Below, piece after piece: positions 29,283 through 37,408 of a DNA stretch of 64,000 nucleotides. Below the pieces are notes generated by a model. It was not told where the DNA came from. It saw nothing but the letters and a program-made list of their open reading frames with translations, and ran no database searches. Origin of the DNA: an uncultured Selenomonadales bacterium (GTDB lineage: Bacteria; Bacillota; Negativicutes; Selenomonadales; Selenomonadaceae); the NCBI GenBank assembly GCA_946408355.1, contig CAMJRX010000005.1, forward strand, positions 11,568 through 75,567, given 5' to 3'. A program made the translations under genes and the position numbers. Position 1 is the first letter of the stretch; every line of letters starts with the position of its first letter.

Positions 29283-31942
29283 GCTACTCTCTCCAGCTTA
29301 TCGACGACTTTACGGACGCTCTCGACGATATTTTTCTTAGTTTGATTTTCAAGATTCCTTTGGTCAAGCCCTCTGAACTCGTCCTCTTTTACCTTGCGAA
29401 TATTATCGGTTATCCACTTGTCGAAAAGTTTTGCGCCGTCGGAAGTTTCCTCGTCCTTGCGAATTATGTTTATATTTTTCGTCATAACGGAAACAAACGC
29501 TTGCTCCAGCCCGATTGCGTAGATAATCGCCTCAAGCGTAAATTGCCGCAAGATTTCAATGTCCTCGTTCAATACACGCAACATATCGTCTTCGTTAGAA
29601 ATTTGCATTTGCCGACTTAACTCGTGCATTTTGCGCAATTTATCCACAGTCACCTTGCCCGAAAAACCGGATTTGTTCTTTGAATAAGTGTCGATTGTAT
29701 CGTTCAAGCGGTTAATGCGTTCATCTTTGCTTAAGTTCGACCAGTCGTTTTTATAAAAAGTCCCTTGAAGTTTACCTCTTAAATCGTTGGGAACTTCGTT
29801 AGCTTTAATGCCGGCGCGCAAAAGCATTTTCGCCCATTTACCCATAGGCAACAATTCAACGGCAAAAGATAGCCCCGCGCATATGGCGTCTTTATTGGCT
29901 TTGAAGAAATTTTCCAGACCGCTTTTAATCTCCGTGCTCGCCGAAACATTATCGTGCAAAAGAATTTTCGCAAAAAAATCTGTGTAACGATCTTCGCCGT
30001 CGCTGTGACTGACAACGGGGGAATTTTCATAGTAAGTCGCCAACGAAAGGAATTCCGGAAAAGATTTTTCACCTGTGACTTGCTGAAAACGTTCCGAAGA
30101 ACCGAACGGTCGCCAAATTAAAACTTCCAACAGCCGCGAAGTAAATCTTTCTACCAGCGAATTGAAGCGGCATTTATCAGCGTTCTTTATCCACAGCGAA
30201 TGGAATAATTCCGTAACGCTTTTGGTGAGTTCCTCTTTGTATTGAGAGTTATCCGGCATGCCCATTACTTCGAGGAATTTTGCAATGATTTTGTCGTAAA
30301 TTTCCTGTTCCTTTTTTTCGGTTGCTTCTGCCGTTCTTTGTACGAGGTTGCGCAAAAATTCCCGTTGCAATTCCTCGCGGAATTTTGCATCTATCGCGGT
30401 AAGCGGTAAAGGTCCACTGCCCTCAAGGTTTCCACTGCGTTTAATTTCCGCAAGCAGTTCAGAGTTCTCATCTTGATTGGGATAAAAAGTCTCGATATTA
30501 TCGCGAATCATTGAGCTAAAAGGTTCCTCTAAAAGGATTTGACTATTATACGATTTAGCAATGTCGTAAGCTTCTACTTTAAATTTTCTAAGATTCCGGA
30601 TTGCCTCTAAATAATATTCGCCGCCCGTCTCGATTGGTTGCCACTGCGCGGACTCATACTTCTTTAAAATGCCGTCCAAAAAATTTCTTGCGTCAGCGAT
30701 TGTGTTTTCTGCGCGGCGTTTCAAAACTTCAAAGCGGTCGTTGTTGTAATACTCCGTCATGCTCTCCCAAAGTTCAACGATACCATAAGCCATTCCCCAT
30801 GCGTCCATTTTGTCACGCGACGCCGTCGAACCTTTAAGTAATTCGTCGCTCGATTCAATGTCGTTACTTTCCAGATAAGCCTTCGCCGCCCCAACGAAAA
30901 TGTGATTGTCCTTTGCAATGCGATTTTCCACAGATTCTTTACGCAAAACGGCGGCATTTCTTTTAGCAATTTCAGAATTAGTTGCGCGGTCAATCTGATT
31001 ACCAAAAATAAATGCCTTGTCGCTCAACGGGATATTTTCTTCATCGCGACCGCTCCTCAATATGCCAAGTTGCGAACGATCCAAATTTGGATTTACGCCG
31101 ACATTAGTCACCAAAATTATCGCGTCCGCCTCGCGCAACATTTCCAAAGTCTGCTTTTCGTGCAATTCGGTTGGCGAATTAAAGCCTGGCACGTCGTAGA
31201 GAACGATATCTTTCATTGAGCCGAGATTCGCCGATTCAATTATGACTTTCTCAACGGCGTAAGGGTGCGCCGAACGTATCGCCGAACCGTCAGCATTTTT
31301 CCCAACTATGCCCGTTATAAATGTTTTGAATTCTTTGCTTTCGAGGTCGTCGCCGAAAAATTCTTGAGCCTTTTGACCGAGCAACCCGCGAATTATATTC
31401 CTGTCTTTCAACATAGTTTTAATATCTTCGGCGGTTTTGGTGTTATGCTTTTCGTACAAGTCGGGATTTTTATCCGCCATAGACTCCCACCACCTGCTGA
31501 AGGTAGACAAATCCAGCGTTTCAAAGTCAGCAGTTTGCGGATATTGAAGAACGTTTTTAAGCGTATCGGCGAAATTATTTTTGAATTGCTCCCTGTTGTA
31601 GAAAAAAATTTTACCGCAATCCTCGTTGCCCGCGCAGATTTTTGTAGTCGTGTAAGTGCAACGTTCCGTATACTCCGGCAAAATATTTCTTTTGAGAAGG
31701 GCATTACCGAGCGTACTTTTGCCCGCCTTCTCCAAACCGACGACAGCCACAGTAAATTCTCGCGTGCGCAACTTATTTAAAACTTTTTGATTGCGTTTTC
31801 TCAAGCGTTCCAATTCGATGCGCTCTTCGCCGAAGGGAATAACCATGCCGTTGGGGTCTTTTTGAATTATCTCATCAAAAATCCCGTCGGTTTCGTCCAA
31901 CTTCGTGATAAATTTTTGTTGCTCTTCGCTCAATGTACTCAA
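29279..31942 (-). CDS. Operon gene F: dynamin-like GTPase
   Basis: G1 VVGLEKAGKST, G3 LYDVPG, G4-like FGNQID, followed by long helical regions. TTG start 8 nt after AGGAGG. Confidence 0.8.
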   Translation of the reverse strand: MSTLSEEQQKFITKLDETDGIFDEIIQKDPNGMVIPFGEERIELERLRKRNQKVLNKLRTREFTVAVVGLEKAGKSTLGNALLKRNILPEYTERCTYTTTKICAGNEDCGKIFFYNREQFKNNFADTLKNVLQYPQTADFETLDLSTFSRWWESMADKNPDLYEKHNTKTAEDIKTMLKDRNIIRGLLGQKAQEFFGDDLESKEFKTFITGIVGKNADGSAIRSAHPYAVEKVIIESANLGSMKDIVLYDVPGFNSPTELHEKQTLEMLREADAIILVTNVGVNPNLDRSQLGILRSGRDEENIPLSDKAFIFGNQIDRATNSEIAKRNAAVLRKESVENRIAKDNHIFVGAAKAYLESNDIESSDELLKGSTASRDKMDAWGMAYGIVELWESMTEYYNNDRFEVLKRRAENTIADARNFLDGILKKYESAQWQPIETGGEYYLEAIRNLRKFKVEAYDIAKSYNSQILLEEPFSSMIRDNIETFYPNQDENSELLAEIKRSGNLEGSGPLPLTAIDAKFREELQREFLRNLVQRTAEATEKKEQEIYDKIIAKFLEVMGMPDNSQYKEELTKSVTELFHSLWIKNADKCRFNSLVERFTSRLLEVLIWRPFGSSERFQQVTGEKSFPEFLSLATYYENSPVVSHSDGEDRYTDFFAKILLHDNVSASTEIKSGLENFFKANKDAICAGLSFAVELLPMGKWAKMLLRAGIKANEVPNDLRGKLQGTFYKNDWSNLSKDERINRLNDTIDTYSKNKSGFSGKVTVDKLRKMHELSRQMQISNEDDMLRVLNEDIEILRQFTLEAIIYAIGLEQAFVSVMTKNINIIRKDEETSDGAKLFDKWITDNIRKVKEDEFRGLDQRNLENQTKKNIVESVRKVVDKLERVA

Positions 31943-31956
31943 GCCGATTACCTCCT

Positions 31957-32562
31957 TTAATTTGTATTATGTTTTTGACTTAATTCACGCCACGCCTCAG
32001 CAATATCTACGGAAGTTGCCGAATTTTTTTTACGGGCGGGCGACGGCGCAAATTTTTCTGGTTTAGGCGATTTAGAATTTAGATTATAATTTATCGGTAG
32101 AATTTTTTGCTTTTCTATTGAAGGATACGGCTTGTCGAGGGTGCCGATTAAAAATCTTTGCCCGCCTTCCGTCTTAACGCGGAGAATAGTGCTGTCGAGT
32201 GGTAATTTCAATTTCGACTGGAGCTGGCGGTCTGTAAACGAAAAAAATTTTTCTATATCCTCGTTCGTCCAAGTCGTCGGTGATACGGTTTGAACGTTGG
32301 CTGATTTCCCTGCGATGAAAAATTTTTCGACGTTAAAACCTTCGCGCCAAATAACACAAATATCTGTTGAATCTTCGGAGGTATGTCCGGTTTCTTGCTC
32401 CCATTGCCGCCAATAGTCTGCGGCGTTTGTGCCGTTTAAGTTATAAGTTTCGCCGCCGTGCAAGCGCAAAACAATAAAATTTTCGCGCTCAAAAGAATAA
32501 GTCTTAACAATTTGTTCGTCGAGACATTCGATTAAGTATTTGTAAATCGTCAAAGCCTTCAC
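31957..32562 (-). CDS. Operon gene E: hypothetical protein (201 aa)
   Basis: The GTG start overlaps the stop of gene D (GTGA). I recognise no domain. Confidence 0.6.
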   Translation of the reverse strand: MKALTIYKYLIECLDEQIVKTYSFERENFIVLRLHGGETYNLNGTNAADYWRQWEQETGHTSEDSTDICVIWREGFNVEKFFIAGKSANVQTVSPTTWTNEDIEKFFSFTDRQLQSKLKLPLDSTILRVKTEGGQRFLIGTLDKPYPSIEKQKILPINYNLNSKSPKPEKFAPSPARKKNSATSVDIAEAWRELSQKHNTN

Positions 32563-32963
32563 CTACCTTTTGTTTTTTTCTGAAGAAATTTTTGGTGCAA
32601 TTCGGCTTTCTTTTTTGCGAACGAGGATTTTCTTTCATAAAGATTTGTTTCAAGTACCATTTGTTCAGCTAAGATTCGCCGTGATTTTTCTTTTTGTTCC
32701 GCGAGGATTTTTTCGCCCTCTTTTGTCAAGCCGTCGGGGAAAGGAATTACGTCTAACTTTGTATCCGTCGGCGTCTTCAATGCTAAAAAGTCACGTTGAA
32801 TATTTTGCCGTTCCTGTTCAACTTCTTGACTGTCACGTTTTATTTTAGTTTCGAGGACGCTTATTTTTTTATCAAATTTTTTGACCGGCTCTTGGGATTC
32901 TCTCTCGAGAAATTGCATTGAGATAACTTTTTGCTGAATTTCTTTAAACTTGCCGCCGTTCAT
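32559..32963 (-). CDS. Operon gene D: highly charged coiled-coil protein (134 aa)
   Basis: The ATG overlaps the stop of gene C (ATGA). Lys/Glu/Gln-rich, heptad-like sequence. Confidence 0.6.
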   Translation of the reverse strand: MNGGKFKEIQQKVISMQFLERESQEPVKKFDKKISVLETKIKRDSQEVEQERQNIQRDFLALKTPTDTKLDVIPFPDGLTKEGEKILAEQKEKSRRILAEQMVLETNLYERKSSFAKKKAELHQKFLQKKTKGR

Positions 32964-33922
32964 GACGTAGCCTCAACTTTTGACGTATCTTTAAAGTCAA
33001 CGTCGTCCAAAATTTTTTCCGCGTCTTCGGGAAGTTCGCCATTCTGTCGTGCCTGCTGAAATTCCGCGCCGTATTCTTTTTGCAAATCATCTTTATAAAC
33101 GGACGCCAAAACTTTATCGTCGCTGTTAGAAACTTTGCGCATTTCGTTTAGCCGCGTAAGTAAATCCAGCTCGCTTTTTTCCGGAAAATAAAACTTCAAC
33201 GAATCCAAAAGCGCGGCGGTTATACGTTCCAATTCACCGGCGGGCAATGTTCCTTTTAAATATTCGCTGATGTTCAAATTTTTATAACCCAGCTCGTCGA
33301 ACGCCCGAATGAACGCTTGCACTTCCTTAACTTCCATTGCAGTGCGACCAATTTCAATCAGCGTCGTTTTCGGAATGCGCAAGCCAAATTTTTCTTCAAG
33401 CGCACTAACTTCCGCCTGCATACCTAAAACAGAATACATGCCAATATTTTTTTGCAGTTGAAGTGTATCGATTTCCTCTGCAGGAATTTGTTCCTTCAAA
33501 TAGGCGTAATACTCTTTAAACGACTTAAAATCATCGCGTTTTTTCCAGTCTTCGTGCTTGTCGGCTTCCTCTAAGCGATAACCGATTTCCTCTGGCTTTT
33601 CGTTTTTCTCGACGACTTCATTTTCCTCAGCGATTTTAGAAATTACTTTAACCACCAACTTAACGAGCAAATCAACGATTATCGGACCCAATATCGGTCC
33701 CAGAGGTCCTGTCATAATTCCGCTTAAACCTTTAAGAAGTCCAAACGCTTTACCCGCAATCGAACCTAAAAAACCAGAAATCGCTTTGCTCGCCAAATTT
33801 CCAATCGTGCTTATCGCTCCGGTTACTGCCGACGCAATGCCGCTTGCAATCCTGCCAATAGCACTTCCAACGCTACTAATAGCACTTCCGATGGCACTTC
33901 CAATAGAACTAAAAAATCCCAT
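32960..33922 (-). CDS. Operon gene C: protein with an N-terminal Gly/Ser/Ala/Ile-rich glycine-zipper membrane region and an acidic C-terminal domain
   Basis: The first roughly 100 aa read GFFSSIGSAIGSAISSVGSAIGRIASGIASAVTGAISTIGNLASKAISGFLGSIAGKAFGLLKGLSGIMTGPLGPILGPIIV. The ATG lies 1 nt after the stop of gene B, and its SD AAAGGAGGG sits inside the end of gene B. Confidence 0.7.
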   Translation of the reverse strand: MGFFSSIGSAIGSAISSVGSAIGRIASGIASAVTGAISTIGNLASKAISGFLGSIAGKAFGLLKGLSGIMTGPLGPILGPIIVDLLVKLVVKVISKIAEENEVVEKNEKPEEIGYRLEEADKHEDWKKRDDFKSFKEYYAYLKEQIPAEEIDTLQLQKNIGMYSVLGMQAEVSALEEKFGLRIPKTTLIEIGRTAMEVKEVQAFIRAFDELGYKNLNISEYLKGTLPAGELERITAALLDSLKFYFPEKSELDLLTRLNEMRKVSNSDDKVLASVYKDDLQKEYGAEFQQARQNGELPEDAEKILDDVDFKDTSKVEATS

Positions 33923-33923
33923 G

Positions 33924-36900
33924 CTAATTCCCTCCTTTTAAACGCAGAACACCCATAATTTCGCGCTGAATTTTTAAGAGTACCGAATCAAAATTATCAT
34001 CATCGGCTGATAAAATTTCTTCGACGACGCCGCAAAACTTTTCAAAAATTTTCTGATCATACGGCTCGTACAGATTGCAGAAAAGCCACGTTTGCCACAC
34101 ATCGCGCCCAACAGTTTTTTCAACGTGATTAACTTCGCGTTGGAAAGTTTTTAGCGCGTTTTCTGTTGTGTCATTGTCGAACAGGCTACGATATTTTTTC
34201 TTAAGCGAATAGCCGCCGCGCATAATCCAAAGATATTGGCGGATAATTTCTTTAGAAATTTCTGCAGGGAAATGTTCAATGCCGCGCAGAACGCCGCTTG
34301 CAATAACTTTCGGCTCGGTGTAATAGTTTTCGGCAATGTCGCGAATTTCTTCCGGCTCAATTTCCCGTTGCTCCGTCGTAGATACTTCCTGTTTAATTTT
34401 GACTTGCATAGCTTTAACTTGTCCTTGCGAAAAAATAATCGCCCTGCCCGTCGGAAGTTTAGACAAAAAAGTTTTCTGTTCGTCGGAAAGGGCAATCGTA
34501 TCGCCTATTGCGTCTTTATCGTCGCGGGCAAATAATTTGTGCACAATTTTTGTATTCGTATTCTTTAAAACTTCGGGCGTCATCTTGTCGGGAATTTGAT
34601 CGACAATAATCAACGACTCGCCATATTTGCGAACCTCCGCTAACATGTCGGAAAAAACTTCGACGCCCTGTTTTTTATTCATGCTATCGCCTGGAACGTA
34701 TCGGCTTAACAATCTGTGCGCCTCTTCTATCAACGTAATGTGTTGGAAGGCGGGATTTTTTCTGTGACGATATTGCACCGCTTGCAAAAGATTTGTAAGT
34801 ATAAATCCCATGAGCAAAGATTTTTCCGAGCCGTTTTTAATCTCTTCGAGTTCGATAACAACTTTGCGCTCAACTAAATCAAAAAAATTTATCGAACGCG
34901 CCGTATCAAACATCATGCCTTTCGCGCCGACTAAAAGGCTTTCTATTCGCGCCTTCAATGAACCCATATATTCATCTTGCAGACGTTCGCCGAAGCCCTC
35001 TTCCTTTGTAACTTTTTTTACTGCCTCCCAAAAATCAGACATTGTCGGGAAAGGATAAACTCCCGCGTCGAAAGGATTTTGCGGTTCGTCGTTGCCGTTA
35101 ATTGTTGGTCGCCATTCGTTTGTGCGAATATCCCAGCCCTTTTCCTCATAAGCGCGATAAACTCCCGTCTCCAAAATTTGCGGGATCGCCGCCTCCATGT
35201 CAAAGGACGCCTCTAACGTCGCCTTAATCATGTCAGCGCGTCCGGTTATCGCCTCGCCAGGAAATAATTCAAATGGATTCAAGAAAAACGGCGCGATATT
35301 TTGTTTGCCCGGCGTAAAGAAAATTAATTCGGGGCAACGTTCTTTCAATATGCGATATTCAGTCTTCGCCGGCTCAATTACCAAAAACGGCAACCCGCTG
35401 TTAATCAAAATGTTTTGGCAAGTCGTAGTTTTGCCGCTCCCAGTCACGCCCGTAATAAAAGTATGTTTGTTGAGGTCGCGCCTGTCCAAAGACACGGGCA
35501 AATTGCGTTCGGTGCCGTCTTGTACTAAATTTCCGAGCGGCAATTTATATTCGTCAGCGACGGGCTTAAAGTTCAAACCAAATTCAACTTCCTCGCGCAA
35601 GGCAAGACCAGGAATTTCTTTTTTGGGCAACGCCGCGATAACGCTCAATTCCTCTACCGAAAACCAATTCCCGCACCAGCCAACGCGATTTCCTGTCCAA
35701 CTCGAAAGTATTGCCGAATATTTTTTTTCGTTAGGCTCAAGGAACGAGGGAATTTGCATATTTTGCAGAGCGTGCAAACAACCAGCCTCCGACTTTGAAA
35801 ACTCGTGGAAACTCAACGGTCGCCGATTGCCTTTCGTGCCACTGTAAAGTGAAATTGCTGTATTGGCGAGGCGGTGGAGCATTGCCGGTTGCGCCGCGAA
35901 AAGATACGCACAACATAAAAAAAGCCCCTTGCCTCTGCCACAATCGAGGCGCGGAAATAAAATTTCGTCGATATATTTAATCCACTGCGCGGCGGTTTTA
36001 GTGTCAACTTCCATTTGCTCAACTTGCGCCGTGTTGCTTGACGTGGATTCTGTGGTCGCGTTCGTTTTATTTTCTATTGTCGTCGACGAAATATTTTCCG
36101 ACGAACTTTGACTTGCGCTTTCGCTGTTCTGCGTACTTTTGCTCGTGTTGTCAGTCGAGGAAACTTGATAGCCGAAAACATACGACGTTTGATTTTGTGC
36201 GGAATAATTTGCGCCTGAAGAAATTCCGCCGCTTTGCTCCTTTGATTTGTTTTCGTCCTCCGACTTCTTGACGACGTTATTATTATCTTTTTCCGTAACA
36301 AGATTTTTATTGTTGGCGTTACGTTCACTGCTATTAGAACTGCTACTTATGCTGTGCTGTCTACCGGAAGTTTGCCCCGCCGTTGCCTGTTGCTGATTGG
36401 AAATATTTTTTTGCTCGCTTTGACTTGTCGTTTCGATTTTGTTGCTTGAAGAATTTTTACTTTCCTGCGTCGATTCGGTTATTTGCGTGCCGTTGCTGGT
36501 GTTTACACTTGAATTATTAGCCGTTCCCGTTGACTTCGTGCGCTGAAAAGAATGACGAGCAATCGGCGACAGCGCGTCGGCAATCTCAATCAGCACATCT
36601 TCCAATTTGTTAACTTCCGCGCCAACCAACGGACGAGCTATAACCATAAATCCGAATTCATCGCCCGCCATAACGTTAATCAATCTGTCCACGCCTTGAA
36701 AATTTTCGTTGTCTTTCTCGGTGCCTGGTACGCCCGTCAAAATCCCCGCGCAGGAAATATTTTTCAAGCGTTTTATAACTTCGCGTTTATCTGCGTTAGT
36801 CAGCTCGCGAATTTGACAGCCGCGAAAATTTCCTTGAATACTCGGTTTAAGCAAGTCGCCGCCGATTGTAGGCGCAGAAAGATTTTCCGCTTTTTCGTGT

Positions 36901-37205
36901 GCAAAATCTTTCGCTATCCCAAAATAAAATTTAACGTCCTGCCCACTGCCCAATATCAAATAAATAAAACTCATGCCCTCAAGGTCGCGAAAAGTGCTCA
37001 AAACATTTTCCATAGCCTCGCGACGCGGTGCCTTCTCCTCAAATGTCAATTCCTCAATCTGAAAGAAACAACATTCGCGCAAAATAATTTCTCGCTCCGT
37101 GCCTAGCCATTCGCGCTCACGAATAAAAAAATTTCCCTTCGCAACGTCAGAAAGCCCGCTAACTACCGCTTGACCATTTTTTATTGCCTCGTCTATCTCC
37201 CGCAT
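33924..37205 (-). CDS. Operon gene B: HerA/FtsK-superfamily P-loop ATPase with a long low-complexity insert
   Basis: Walker A HTFITGVTGSGKTT (about 35425-35455). Walker B-like HITLIEEAHRLL. Ser/Asn/Thr/Gln-rich segment at about 36020-36540. SD AAGGGGA before the ATG. Confidence 0.8.
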   Translation of the reverse strand: MREIDEAIKNGQAVVSGLSDVAKGNFFIREREWLGTEREIILRECCFFQIEELTFEEKAPRREAMENVLSTFRDLEGMSFIYLILGSGQDVKFYFGIAKDFAHEKAENLSAPTIGGDLLKPSIQGNFRGCQIRELTNADKREVIKRLKNISCAGILTGVPGTEKDNENFQGVDRLINVMAGDEFGFMVIARPLVGAEVNKLEDVLIEIADALSPIARHSFQRTKSTGTANNSSVNTSNGTQITESTQESKNSSSNKIETTSQSEQKNISNQQQATAGQTSGRQHSISSSSNSSERNANNKNLVTEKDNNNVVKKSEDENKSKEQSGGISSGANYSAQNQTSYVFGYQVSSTDNTSKSTQNSESASQSSSENISSTTIENKTNATTESTSSNTAQVEQMEVDTKTAAQWIKYIDEILFPRLDCGRGKGLFLCCAYLFAAQPAMLHRLANTAISLYSGTKGNRRPLSFHEFSKSEAGCLHALQNMQIPSFLEPNEKKYSAILSSWTGNRVGWCGNWFSVEELSVIAALPKKEIPGLALREEVEFGLNFKPVADEYKLPLGNLVQDGTERNLPVSLDRRDLNKHTFITGVTGSGKTTTCQNILINSGLPFLVIEPAKTEYRILKERCPELIFFTPGKQNIAPFFLNPFELFPGEAITGRADMIKATLEASFDMEAAIPQILETGVYRAYEEKGWDIRTNEWRPTINGNDEPQNPFDAGVYPFPTMSDFWEAVKKVTKEEGFGERLQDEYMGSLKARIESLLVGAKGMMFDTARSINFFDLVERKVVIELEEIKNGSEKSLLMGFILTNLLQAVQYRHRKNPAFQHITLIEEAHRLLSRYVPGDSMNKKQGVEVFSDMLAEVRKYGESLIIVDQIPDKMTPEVLKNTNTKIVHKLFARDDKDAIGDTIALSDEQKTFLSKLPTGRAIIFSQGQVKAMQVKIKQEVSTTEQREIEPEEIRDIAENYYTEPKVIASGVLRGIEHFPAEISKEIIRQYLWIMRGGYSLKKKYRSLFDNDTTENALKTFQREVNHVEKTVGRDVWQTWLFCNLYEPYDQKIFEKFCGVVEEILSADDDNFDSVLLKIQREIMGVLRLKGGN

Positions 37206-37216
37206 TGTTTTTCCCC

Positions 37217-37380
37217 TTTAAATTCGATTTCATCGGGCGAAATTAAATAAAAACACTCGCGCAAAATAATTTCTCGTTCGCGAACAAAAAATTTTATCTT
37301 TAAATTCGACTTCATAAGGCAAATTAAAGAAATATCACTCGCGCAAAATAATTTCTCGCTCGCGAACAAAAAATTTTATC
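37217..37380. repeat. Two tandem 82-bp repeat units in the gene A - gene B intergenic region
   Basis: Units 37217-37298 and 37299-37380 are roughly 88-90% identical by eye. They contain copies of sequence from both flanking genes; see findings. Confidence 0.85.
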
Positions 37381-37408
37381 TTTATGTCTACTGCATTGTT
37401 TTTAAACT

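Noticed and set aside
35197-37106. Plus-strand ORFs (216 aa, 184 aa and several of 60-80 aa) inside the HerA-like gene
   Set aside because: They are antisense to a long, motif-bearing CDS. They are rich in Arg, Ser and Phe, as is typical for reverse-frame artefacts, and they have no SD.
37197-37315. 39-codon ORF (MKSNLKIKFFVREREIILRECFYLISPDEIEFKGEKQCGR) inside the intergenic repeat
   Set aside because: It has no SD and looks like a by-product of the repeat being derived from coding sequence. It is mentioned under the repeat finding rather than called as a gene.
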